Of a stretch of DNA of 64,000 bases, positions 53,554-64,000 are shown in pieces (within the stretch, counting starts at the first letter, position 1; every line of letters starts with the position of its first letter). A model generated the notes under the pieces. That model saw only the letters and a program-made list of their open reading frames with translations. It ran no database searches and had not been told where the DNA came from. The position numbers and the translations under genes are program-made. The stretch comes from Planctomycetota bacterium. GTDB lineage: Bacteria > Planctomycetota > UBA1135 > UBA2386. The DNA lies in assembly GCA_947501605.1 (NCBI GenBank), contig CANMWZ010000011.1, positions 44,228 through 108,227 on the forward strand. The letters are read 5' to 3'.

Positions 53554-54923
53554 GGTCGGTCCTCCTTCACTTCCACTTCCGCCACCAACGATGGCCAGAA
53601 TAGCGCGTTGAGATCGACCGTCGCTTCTGCTTCGGCCAGCGTTGCATCGATGACTGCGAGTTGTGCGTCGTAGGCCCGCGTCACCGCATCCAGAATCAGC
53701 AGGGTGTCGAGTTGACCGAGTTCGGCCAGCCGCTTCGCTTCCGTGACTTGCAACTCCGCCAGCGGCAACAGTTGGGTCTCGAGCAACTGGCGCTGAGCAG
53801 CGGCCACCGCGCTGCGCGCTTCGGCGCGTGCGAGCGCATGCGTCGCCGTCTCCAACTGCTCCTTCAGCAGTTCTGCGGCAGCGGCGCGGGCGGCTCGCAT
53901 CTCGGCGATCTCACGGGCGTTGCCGTTCCACAGCGGCAACGGCAGCGAGAAACCGAACGCAGGACGCGGCTGTCCATCTTCTTCTTGCCATCCTGGTTGG
54001 ATCCACAGTTCGGGGTACTGCTTGCGGATCGCGAGTTCCAGCTCGTGCTCGGCGACGTCGTGTTGGCGTTTCGCCAGTTCGACCATCGGGCTCGTAAGCA
54101 GGCGATTGTGTCGGTCGTCAGGCGCGACCCGCGCCATCGCCGCGAATCGCGGCACGAGCCGGATCTCGCGATCGGGCGGCATACCGAGCAACTCGCGGAG
54201 GGAGAGTAAAAGCGCAAGGGCCTCACCGTTCGCCGACAACAACTCCGCTTGGTAGCGCAGCCTGGCCAAAGTGAAGGTCCGGGATTCCATCTGCGACAAC
54301 GCGTGGGCAGACGCTAGGCGTGCCGCGGTCTCCTCCAGTGCTTGCAGGCGCCCCACCAGGTCGTTCAAGGACCGTGATCGAAGCACCCGCGCGCTGTAGC
54401 GCAGCCAGACCGACTCCAGTCGGTTCAGAATGTCTGCTTCGGCGCGGCGGGCTTGGAGCAGAGCTTCGCCATGCGCCGTTTCCGCAAGCCCCTTCTCCAA
54501 TCCGGGAAGACCCGTGATCGGTAACGTCTGGGCGACGTATCCGCCCGCGAACCAGTTGTACTGCCAGACGTTTTCGAGCACGTAGAAGAACGAGCCGCTG
54601 AACTGGGGATCTGCCCACAGTCCAGCGAGCTCCGCTGACGCCTTCTGCACGTCTGCTTGCGACCGAACGGTGCGCAGCTGGGGATTGAAGAGCAGCGCGA
54701 CGTAGCGAGCCTCGTCCAAGTCGACCCCGTCCGCGACATCGAAGACCGGCGAGCCAGGATCCCTTGCGCGCAAGCTCAGCGCGAACGACTGGATCAACGA
54801 GGCCTCCGGAATCCGATCGGCAAACAGACGGGCGTGCGACAGCAGATCCACCGGCTCCGGCTCGTAGCTCTGGCAAGCGGGCCAGCACAGCACCGCGATA
54901 GTCGGCCAACACAGGTGGTTCAT
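53550..54923 (-). CDS. TolC-family outer-membrane efflux protein
   Basis: ALLFNPQLR, QYPEL and FSLPLPLWNGN motifs; position in the operon. Confidence 0.88.
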   Translation of the reverse strand: MNHLCWPTIAVLCWPACQSYEPEPVDLLSHARLFADRIPEASLIQSFALSLRARDPGSPVFDVADGVDLDEARYVALLFNPQLRTVRSQADVQKASAELAGLWADPQFSGSFFYVLENVWQYNWFAGGYVAQTLPITGLPGLEKGLAETAHGEALLQARRAEADILNRLESVWLRYSARVLRSRSLNDLVGRLQALEETAARLASAHALSQMESRTFTLARLRYQAELLSANGEALALLLSLRELLGMPPDREIRLVPRFAAMARVAPDDRHNRLLTSPMVELAKRQHDVAEHELELAIRKQYPELWIQPGWQEEDGQPRPAFGFSLPLPLWNGNAREIAEMRAARAAAAELLKEQLETATHALARAEARSAVAAAQRQLLETQLLPLAELQVTEAKRLAELGQLDTLLILDAVTRAYDAQLAVIDATLAEAEATVDLNALFWPSLVAEVEVKEDRP

Positions 54924-55042
54924 GAGATTCGGCGAGTCCGTGGAGACAGCAGGCGAACAGAGCCGCGCCGATGGACCTCCGAGGTACCGCGACGCAACAC
55001 AGCTTCAAGGCCAGAGCGCTTGGCTCGACCCTGCCGGTCCAC

Positions 55043-55576
55043 TCACAGCCGCAACTGCGTCGAGGCGATCAGTTCGGTGCGCCGATCGCAGCGCGGAGGC
55101 CCAGTAGCAGGCTGCTGCAGTGGCAGCAGGCGCGAACCCCCTGGGAAGCTCGGGGCGGACGGAGGCGCCGCCGGAATGGACGCCTCGCCCCTCGGCACAC
55201 CCGCGGAGGCAGGCAGCGGGCCTTCCTCGATGGGCAGCGGAGCATCGCGACATCGACAGTCGTCAACCACGATGAGCTCGTTGGCGCCGGTCCCGCTCCC
55301 CTGGCACTGGGCACCCTGGCACTGGGCACCCTGACTCTGACCACACTGTGCACGCGGCCGCTGGTCGGGCTCGAGGCATTCGCCGGCGGATCTCCGCTCG
55401 CCGCCGTGCGCGCCGCAACCATCGTGCGCTTGCAGCCACTCGAGCCGACTCCCGCCATGGCATCCGGTGCAGACCACCAGCATCCGCGAGAAGCCGAGGC
55501 CGAGCACGAGCAGCAAGGCCCAAGCCACCGCGCGATGCGCTCGCCGTTGCCAAGTTGTGCGGTAGAGGGGAGTCAC
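55043..55576 (-). CDS. Cys/His-rich membrane-anchored leader protein (DUF2946-like architecture)
   Basis: C-terminal 177 aa of the listed 55043..56650 ORF: TM helix, CTGCH, several Cys/His, Pro-rich linker and PATGPP near the end; GTG start inferred. Confidence 0.65.
   Translation of the reverse strand: MTPLYRTTWQRRAHRAVAWALLLVLGLGFSRMLVVCTGCHGGSRLEWLQAHDGCGAHGGERRSAGECLEPDQRPRAQCGQSQGAQCQGAQCQGSGTGANELIVVDDCRCRDAPLPIEEGPLPASAGVPRGEASIPAAPPSAPSFPGGSRLLPLQQPATGPPRCDRRTELIASTQLRL
55299..55333. repeat. 15-bp tandem repeat (about 2.3 copies) encoding Gly-Ala-Gln-Cys-Gln units
   Basis: CCCTGGCACTGGGCA twice, then CCCTG. Confidence 0.85.
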
Positions 55577-55869
55577 GCTGGGAACTAGTCGAGCCAACAA
55601 GGCGCAGACCTTGAGGGCCGCGGCACCATACTCCCCACAGCAAGGGGCACCAGCGCGGTTCGCGCCGACTGCCTTCGCAGACACACAGAAGACCCTTGAC
55701 GCCCTGCCCGCCCGACTCGGCAGGATCCGCAGGCGGAGACGCGGATCCGCCGCAACTCGGAAGGCGCCGGACCTGGCCGGTAGCGACTCGCGGAGGTCGG
55801 TAGACCATCGACCTTTCGGCGCCAAAGCGTGCCTCGCACATGGCCGCGCGTTCGGAGCAGAGTCCGCCC

Positions 55870-55898
55870 TTGCTTCACCCGACATCGCTCGCTCTACT
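55870..55898 (+). promoter_or_regulatory. Putative sigma70 promoter of tRNA-Ser(GCT)
   Basis: TTGCTT-N17-TCTACT followed by a GC-rich discriminator just upstream of the tRNA. Confidence 0.4.
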
Positions 55899-55914
55899 GC
55901 GCCCCCCATCTCGC

Positions 55915-56004
<90 letters not shown>

Positions 56005-56149
56005 GTTTTCTGTCGTGACGCCGAGCCGAGATCTGCGTGTTGTTGCCGCGCGGCCCCACCGCCGCAGCGGCTGCCCCCCAGGCGCCTGCCGTGGGGTTTG
56101 GAAGCCCGATTGCTCGCGGTCTGCGACCGATTGCTTGCGGTCGCAGACC

Positions 56150-56569
56150 GTGAGGATCGCGCTGGGTATCGCCATCGCCTTGCTCGGCGCGTGTCGCGGC
56201 CCAACGCTCACCATCGAGTCGAAGAACCCGGTCTTCGTCGACGGCAGCCAGCGGGATCTGCGAGCCCCGTTGCCCTTCCGCTACTACGGCGAGGTCTTGG
56301 TCGATGCCGTGCCAGGCGATCAAGACGGGATGCCGGACTGGAGCAAGCAGGAGAATCGAACCTCGGTGGTCGTCGCGCGTCCCGTAGCGGCGTGGTTGTT
56401 CCCGCTCGACCTGCCGCTCGGCTTGGTGTTGCGACCGTTCCACGGCTCGGGCGACCAGACCGTGACGGTCGAACCGGCGGAAGTAGAAAAGCAGGTGTCG
56501 CTCGGGTTCCAGCCTGAAGGCCTTGAACCTCTCCGGGATCGCGCGTTCGCGGCGCGGAGTCAACGGTGA
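56150..56569 (+). CDS. Small lipoprotein, hypothetical
   Basis: GTG start; lipobox LLGAC; GTGA overlap with murD. Confidence 0.7.
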   Translation: MRIALGIAIALLGACRGPTLTIESKNPVFVDGSQRDLRAPLPFRYYGEVLVDAVPGDQDGMPDWSKQENRTSVVVARPVAAWLFPLDLPLGLVLRPFHGSGDQTVTVEPAEVEKQVSLGFQPEGLEPLRDRAFAARSQR

Positions 56570-58071
56570 CCGCTCTCCCGATCCCGCCGGCGGGACGAAA
56601 GGCACTCGTACTGGGCCTCGGCCGGTTTGGCGGTGGCACAGCCGCCGCACGGTTCCTCCATCGCCGCGGCGCGGCCATCCGGATTGCCGACCGCTCGTCG
56701 GGTCCAGACCTCGACCACAGCAGGCAATCTCTGCAGGACCTCGCCGGCGTGGACTGGCAACTCGGCCGCGAGGACGAAGACCTGCTGGCGGGCATTGACC
56801 TGCTGGTCGTCAACCCAGCGATTCCCGACCAACATCCGCTGCTAGCGGCGGCGCGGCGGCGGGGCATCGAGCTCACGCAGGAAGTGAGCCTGTTCCTTGC
56901 CCACTACCCCGGCCGCGTAGTCGCGGTTACTGGCACCAACGGCAAGTCCTCGACCTCGACCATGCTGCATGCCGCGTTGCTGCGCGCCGGCATCGACGCG
57001 CTGCTTGGCGGCAACATCGGTCATAGCCTGCTCGAAGACGAAGGGCGCTGGCATCGCGACCAGATCGCCGTGCTCGAGATCTCGAGCTTCCAACTCGACC
57101 GAGTCGATCCGCACCGCCACACGGTGTTTGGCGCGGTGCTCACGCGCATGGGCAAAGACCACGTCGATCGCCACGGCAGCCTCGAGTCGTACCACCGTGC
57201 CAAGTCGATACTGCCGGCGATCGCGACCGCATTCTGCGTGCACTGCGGTGACGACGCTGTCGCCAGTGCCTTCGCGACGCCGGCGCCACGATTCGCGTAC
57301 GCCAACGCCGCGCTTGCCCATGCGACTGCTGGGATCCCCAATGGCGCTGGGATCGACCACGGCTGGCTCGCCGTGCGCCTTGACGACCGCGCGCCTGTCC
57401 GGCTCGTGCACAGCGAGGCGATGGCTGTGCTGGGTGATTTTCAGCGGGAGAACGCGCTTGCCGCGGGTCTCGCCGCAACGTTGCTGGGCGCGTCTGCACA
57501 CGGCATCGGCCTGGCGCTCGCGAACATGGCGCCACTGCCGTTCCGACTACAGTTGCTGGCGGTGCTGGGCGGCGTGCGCATCTACGACAACGGCGTTTCG
57601 ACGGAAATCGAGTCGACGCGGTCGGCGCTGCGCAATCTGACTGGCCCACTGCATTGGGTCGCAGGCGGCAAGAGCAAAGACGGCGACTACGGGCTCGTCG
57701 CGCGCGAAGCCGCGCCCTACATCGCCTCAGCGCACGTGTTCGGCACGGCGGCGGCACCCTTGTGCGAGCAGCTATCGGCCTTGGCCCGACCGGTCGAAAC
57801 CACCGCTCACGAACGGCTGCCGGCGGCTCTCGACGCCGCCTTTGCCGCCTGCGAGCCAGGTTCGGCTCTGCTGTTCAGCCCCGGCTTTGCCTCGTTCGAT
57901 CAGTACCCGAACTTCCGCGCTCGCGCGCTGGAGTTCCACGCCTGGGTCGCGGCCAAGAGACAACTGCAGCTGGCGGGGTTGCCGCTGCGCACCGCGGGGA
58001 TGCCGCCGCGCCTTTCCGGCACCACGACGAGCGCGGCGCCGCGCGAGCACGACCGCGCCAGTGAAGGCTGA
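56566..58071 (+). CDS. murD: UDP-N-acetylmuramoyl-L-alanine--D-glutamate ligase
   Basis: GLGRFGGG, TGTNGKSST, GGNIG, LEISSFQL, DHVDRH and FSPGFASFDQYPNFRAR motifs. Confidence 0.9.
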   Translation: MTALPIPPAGRKALVLGLGRFGGGTAAARFLHRRGAAIRIADRSSGPDLDHSRQSLQDLAGVDWQLGREDEDLLAGIDLLVVNPAIPDQHPLLAAARRRGIELTQEVSLFLAHYPGRVVAVTGTNGKSSTSTMLHAALLRAGIDALLGGNIGHSLLEDEGRWHRDQIAVLEISSFQLDRVDPHRHTVFGAVLTRMGKDHVDRHGSLESYHRAKSILPAIATAFCVHCGDDAVASAFATPAPRFAYANAALAHATAGIPNGAGIDHGWLAVRLDDRAPVRLVHSEAMAVLGDFQRENALAAGLAATLLGASAHGIGLALANMAPLPFRLQLLAVLGGVRIYDNGVSTEIESTRSALRNLTGPLHWVAGGKSKDGDYGLVAREAAPYIASAHVFGTAAAPLCEQLSALARPVETTAHERLPAALDAAFAACEPGSALLFSPGFASFDQYPNFRARALEFHAWVAAKRQLQLAGLPLRTAGMPPRLSGTTTSAAPREHDRASEG

Positions 58072-58144
58072 ACCGCCTCCTGCCGGCGAGCAACTCTCCC
58101 ACTTCTGGCTCGCGCGAGCGCCGCGACCTATGATCGCGCGGCCG

Positions 58145-58669
58145 ATGCAGTTCTGCTCCATTTGCCAGAAGGCCCCCGCCACCATCGTCCTCATGGACCT
58201 GAACGGCGGGAGCGTTTCGTCGCAGCAGCATCTTTGCTCACCATGCGCCGAGAACCTCGGTGTGGTGCAACCCAAAGCCGGCCCCGTCAAAATGTCGCCC
58301 GAGTTGCTCGAGGACCTACTTGGCGCCGTCCAGAGCAAGACAGCGCGTGGTCGCCGCGACCCTGCGTGTCCAGGTTGCGGCCTCACCATGCAGCAGTTCA
58401 AGAACACGGGCCGACTCGGTTGCCCCCGCTGCTATGAGAGTTTCCGCGACGATCTGGTACCGCTGCTGCGGCGCGTCCACGAGTCGAGCCAGCACCGCGG
58501 TCGGTTGCCGGGCGGCACGCAGCCTGTCACCGGGGCCCCGGTCCAGGATCTCGTCGATCTGCGCAAGCGCCTCGACGACGCTGTTCGCGGCGAACACTAC
58601 GAAGCCGCTGCACAACTCCGCGACGAACTGCGGCAGGCCGAGAAGGGCTCGGGGAGTTCCGAATCGTGA
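58145..58669 (+). CDS. mcsA: McsA, protein-arginine kinase activator
   Basis: Four CxxC motifs (CSIC, CSPC, CPGC, GRLGCPRCY) and a C-terminal UVR motif (EHYEAAAQLRDEL). Confidence 0.9.
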   Translation: MQFCSICQKAPATIVLMDLNGGSVSSQQHLCSPCAENLGVVQPKAGPVKMSPELLEDLLGAVQSKTARGRRDPACPGCGLTMQQFKNTGRLGCPRCYESFRDDLVPLLRRVHESSQHRGRLPGGTQPVTGAPVQDLVDLRKRLDDAVRGEHYEAAAQLRDELRQAEKGSGSSES

Positions 58670-59739
58670 GCAAGAAGCGCCGCGGGGAACCGCCACCCGA
58701 GTTCCACACCGGGGAATGGCTGAAGGGCTCGGGCGCCGACGCCGAGATCGCCATCTGCACGCGGGTGCGTCTCGCCCGCAACCTCGACGGCTTCCATTTT
58801 GCTCCGGTACAGGAGCCCAATCAGGCGCGCGAGCTCACGGACTTCATCGTGCAGCGGCTCCAACAGCCAGGGCTCCCGGAGAACCTCGTCGTCGTCGAAC
58901 TTCAGAACCTGGAAGAACTCGAACGCACGGTGTTGGTCGAACGGCACCTCATCAGCCGGGATCTTGCCAACAGCAAGAAAGCGCGCAGCGTCGCGATCAA
59001 CCAAGACGAGAGCGTGGCCCTGATGGTCAACGAGGAGGACCACCTCCGCATGCAGGTCTTCCAGAGCGGCCTCTCCACCGAAGCGGCCTGGAAACGCGCT
59101 GAGGCCTTCGACGAAGCCCTGATGCAGCGGCTGCCGCTCGCCTGGAGCGAAGAATTCGGCTTTCTGACTTCGTGCCCGACAAACACCGGCACGGGCATGC
59201 GCCTATCGGTGATGCTGCACCTGCCTGGGCTGGTCTGGGCCGATGAGATCTTGAAGGCCACCAACACGGCGCAAAAGATCCATCTCGCGGTCCGCGGCCT
59301 CTATGGCGAGGGCAGCAAGGCGCTCGGTGACTTCTACCAAGTCAGCAACCAGGTCACGCTCGGCCGCACGGAGCAGCAACTGCAGTCCGATGTGCAGCTA
59401 GCCGTGTCGCGCATCGTCCAGTGGGAACGCGAGGTGCGCGATGCGCTGTTGCGCGGCAGTTCGCGGCCGCGCACGCTCGATCGGGTGCATCGCGCCCTGG
59501 GCACGCTGGAGCGCGCCCAGATCCTCAGCAGCGAGGAGGCACTCGGCTGCCTCTCCGCACTTCGCTTCGGAGTCCACCACGGCCTTGTCGATGGCTTCGA
59601 CATTCCGTCCCTGAACAAGGCACTGCTGCTGTCGCAACCAGCACACCTGCAGCGTTTCACGCAAGAACGCCTCGATCCAGAGGAACGCGACCAGCGCCGC
59701 GCCAAGCTGTTGCGCGAAGTCCTCGGCTGTGAACCCTGA
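58666..59739 (+). CDS. mcsB: Protein arginine kinase McsB
   Basis: RVRLARN, VNEEDHLR, LTSCPTNTGTG, VRGLYGEG and YQVSNQVTLG motifs. Confidence 0.95.
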   Translation: MSKKRRGEPPPEFHTGEWLKGSGADAEIAICTRVRLARNLDGFHFAPVQEPNQARELTDFIVQRLQQPGLPENLVVVELQNLEELERTVLVERHLISRDLANSKKARSVAINQDESVALMVNEEDHLRMQVFQSGLSTEAAWKRAEAFDEALMQRLPLAWSEEFGFLTSCPTNTGTGMRLSVMLHLPGLVWADEILKATNTAQKIHLAVRGLYGEGSKALGDFYQVSNQVTLGRTEQQLQSDVQLAVSRIVQWEREVRDALLRGSSRPRTLDRVHRALGTLERAQILSSEEALGCLSALRFGVHHGLVDGFDIPSLNKALLLSQPAHLQRFTQERLDPEERDQRRAKLLREVLGCEP

Positions 59740-60001
59740 GGCCGGCGCGCGAAATCCGGCGTTTCCCGCGACGCCGCCAACCGGCTCTTGGCCCGGCTTC
59801 GAAGAAGTGGACAAAAATGCGGGTTTCGACGGCACCATGGCGCGGCTTAAGATCCGCGCTGTCCTACTGAAGACCCTCGTTCGACGGAGTCGAACTCACG
59901 GTCGCAGCAAGGATCCTGAACTTACGTAAATCCAACTGCGGCAGCCGCCGATCAAGGACTAGACAACGTCCCCGATTTCGCGAGCCCGGAGTCACACCAA
60001 G

Positions 60002-62566
<2,565 letters not shown>

Positions 62567-62601
62567 ACCGCGACGGGTCAGCCCGCTGATTCTCCCGCGC
62601 T

Positions 62602-62634
62602 GCGGCGGCGACTGCGTAACCGCAGCGCCGCCGC
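62602..62634. terminator. GC-rich hairpin after clpC (no U-tract; possible terminator or stabiliser)
   Basis: GCGGCGGCG-A-CTGCG-TAAC-CGCAG-CGCCGCCGC, a 14-bp stem with one bulge. Confidence 0.45.
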
Positions 62635-62649
62635 GTGCATGTACGGCAC

Positions 62650-64000
62650 GTGGATCCTCATCTGCTGCTCGCCATCGCGGAAGGCTGCGAACCGAACCTC
62701 GTTCCTGCCTTGCTCGACCCGACCGTGCCTCCGGGGGAAATCCTATCGTGCCCACCCGACGGCTTGCCGCCACGGGTGCTGCGGCGACTGCGCGACCCGG
62801 GACTCGAAGGTGCGGCCCAGCGCTGGCTCGACGCCGCAGCCGCTCACGGCCTCTTGTTGCTGACGCCTAGCGACCCTCGCTACCCAGAGTCTCTGCGCTC
62901 GTTGGCGCTTCGCCCCAACGCCATCTTCCTGCGCGGCGATCCAGCGGCCCTCCACCACGACCCGGCCCTCGCCATCGTCGGCAGCCGAACTCCAACACCC
63001 TACGGCGTCGACGCCGCCGCGGCCTTCGCGACGGACGTGGCGCGCGCTGGGGCCTGTCTCTGGAGCGGGCTCGCGCGCGGCATCGACGCGCTCGTTCACC
63101 GTGCGAGCCTGCAACACCGCACGCCGACGGTGGCGGTGCTGGCTGGTGGCCTCGATCGCATTTACCCGCCCGAGCACCAGGCTCTGGCCGCCGCGATCGC
63201 CGCGGCCGGCGGCTGCGTGCTCAGCGAGCTTCCCCCAGGTCGAAGCGCTAGGCGCGGGCACTTCCCGCGCCGCAACCGCATTCTCGCCGCGGCCGGGGCC
63301 GTGCTCGTGATCGAAGCCGGACAGACTTCAGGAGCGCTGCAGACCGCGCGCTTCTGTGCCGAGCAAGGCCGCTCGGTGTTCGCGGTGCCGGGCCCTTGGA
63401 CCAGCGAGCGGAGCCATGGATGCCACTTGCTGCTGCGCGAAGGCGCGCAGGTCGCACTCGACCCATCCGAGTTGCTGCGCGACCTGGGCGTCACCGCGCA
63501 GGTTGCCGGTTCGACAGCACGCGCACTGCAGCTCTCGGGCGACGCGACCGCCCTCCTACGATGCCTGCGTGCCGGACCGCGACCGTCGGACCTCGTTCAG
63601 CGGGAATCGGGTCTGCCGCGCGCACAGTTCCTGGTCGCGCGACTCTGGCTCGAGCAGCATGACGCCATCCGCCAGATGCCGGGCGACCTGTTGGCGGCAA
63701 CTCCCTCTGGACGGAGCATCACGGCTGGCGAGCAAACCAGAGCGACCTGCAACCAAGAGCCACCTCGAAGCCAGGGCTCAAGTCGCTCCTCAACGCAGCT
63801 CAGAGTGGCCGTCGCCCCCGCAGGAGGGAGCCCACAAGTGAGCCAACCAGGACTCGACGAGACCGACTCAACGAGCCTGACAACCTCAGCCGATGAAGAC
63901 CTGGGCGATCAGCACCATCGCCAGCACGATGGCGGCGGTGTAGCCGAGCCAACGACCGGTGCGCCTCACGGCATCGCGGATCGTCTCACGCGCCGAAACG
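62650..64000 (+). CDS. dprA: DNA-processing protein DprA (frame stays open to the window end)
   Basis: My translation from GTG 62650 gives YPESL, AIVGSRTPTPYG, SGLARGIDA, VAVLAGGLDRIYP, FPRRNRI, VIEAGQTSGAL and FAVPG; absent from the ORF track because there is no stop in the window. Confidence 0.93.
   Translation, partial: MDPHLLLAIAEGCEPNLVPALLDPTVPPGEILSCPPDGLPPRVLRRLRDPGLEGAAQRWLDAAAAHGLLLLTPSDPRYPESLRSLALRPNAIFLRGDPAALHHDPALAIVGSRTPTPYGVDAAAAFATDVARAGACLWSGLARGIDALVHRASLQHRTPTVAVLAGGLDRIYPPEHQALAAAIAAAGGCVLSELPPGRSARRGHFPRRNRILAAAGAVLVIEAGQTSGALQTARFCAEQGRSVFAVPGPWTSERSHGCHLLLREGAQVALDPSELLRDLGVTAQVAGSTARALQLSGDATALLRCLRAGPRPSDLVQRESGLPRAQFLVARLWLEQHDAIRQMPGDLLAATPSGRSITAGEQTRATCNQEPPRSQGSSRSSTQLRVAVAPAGGSPQVSQPGLDETDSTSLTTSADEDLGDQHHRQHDGGGVAEPTTGAPHGIADRLTRRN
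63886..64000 (-). CDS. 3' end of a membrane protein (partial)
   Basis: Reads ...ETIRDAVRRTGRWLGYTAAIVLAMVLIAQVFIG-stop with good codon usage. Confidence 0.6.
   Translation of the reverse strand, partial: VSARETIRDAVRRTGRWLGYTAAIVLAMVLIAQVFIG

Noticed and set aside
55457..55471. CTGCH as a c-type haem attachment site
   Set aside because: A single motif abutting a TM helix in a low-complexity protein with no cytochrome-like context; metal binding is more plausible
59740..60001. CIRCE, CtsR box or small ORF in the mcsB-clpC gap
   Set aside because: No TTAGCACTC-N9-GAGTGCTAA or GTCAAA repeat seen; only a short TTACGTAA palindrome; the 66-aa ORF lacks coding character

Overview
High-GC bacterial chromosomal segment, densely coding with about 45 CDS and 2 tRNA-Ser genes. 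It is most likely from a Planctomycetota-type diderm; this is an inference from gene content (ECF sigma plus Ser/Thr kinase pair, CRTAC1/FG-GAP proteins, mcsA-mcsB-clpC together with outer-membrane barrels, prepilin-type protein). Housekeeping genes: ileS, RluA-family synthase, dinB, nnrD, murD, mcsA-mcsB-clpC, dprA. Other loci: a thiolase with a domain-swapped LeuD-LeuC-like aconitase, an ABC exporter pair, a patatin-POTRA-barrel protein, many uncharacterised exported proteins, and a heavy-metal RND efflux operon between the two tRNA-Ser genes. I saw no integrase, transposase, CRISPR array or rRNA. Best leads: (1) a Cys/His-rich membrane leader ORF ending in a PATGPP motif ahead of the efflux operon, which resembles a metal-sensing ribosome-stalling leader; the operon's adaptor and accessory lipoprotein also share an HxHADGTxH motif; (2) a conserved C-terminal domain shared by two otherwise unrelated secreted proteins, a candidate sorting or anchoring signal; (3) the fused, permuted aconitase coupled to a thiolase; (4) recurrent -10 boxes directly upstream of start codons, suggesting leaderless transcription. 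All product calls come from motif recognition by eye; no database search was run.
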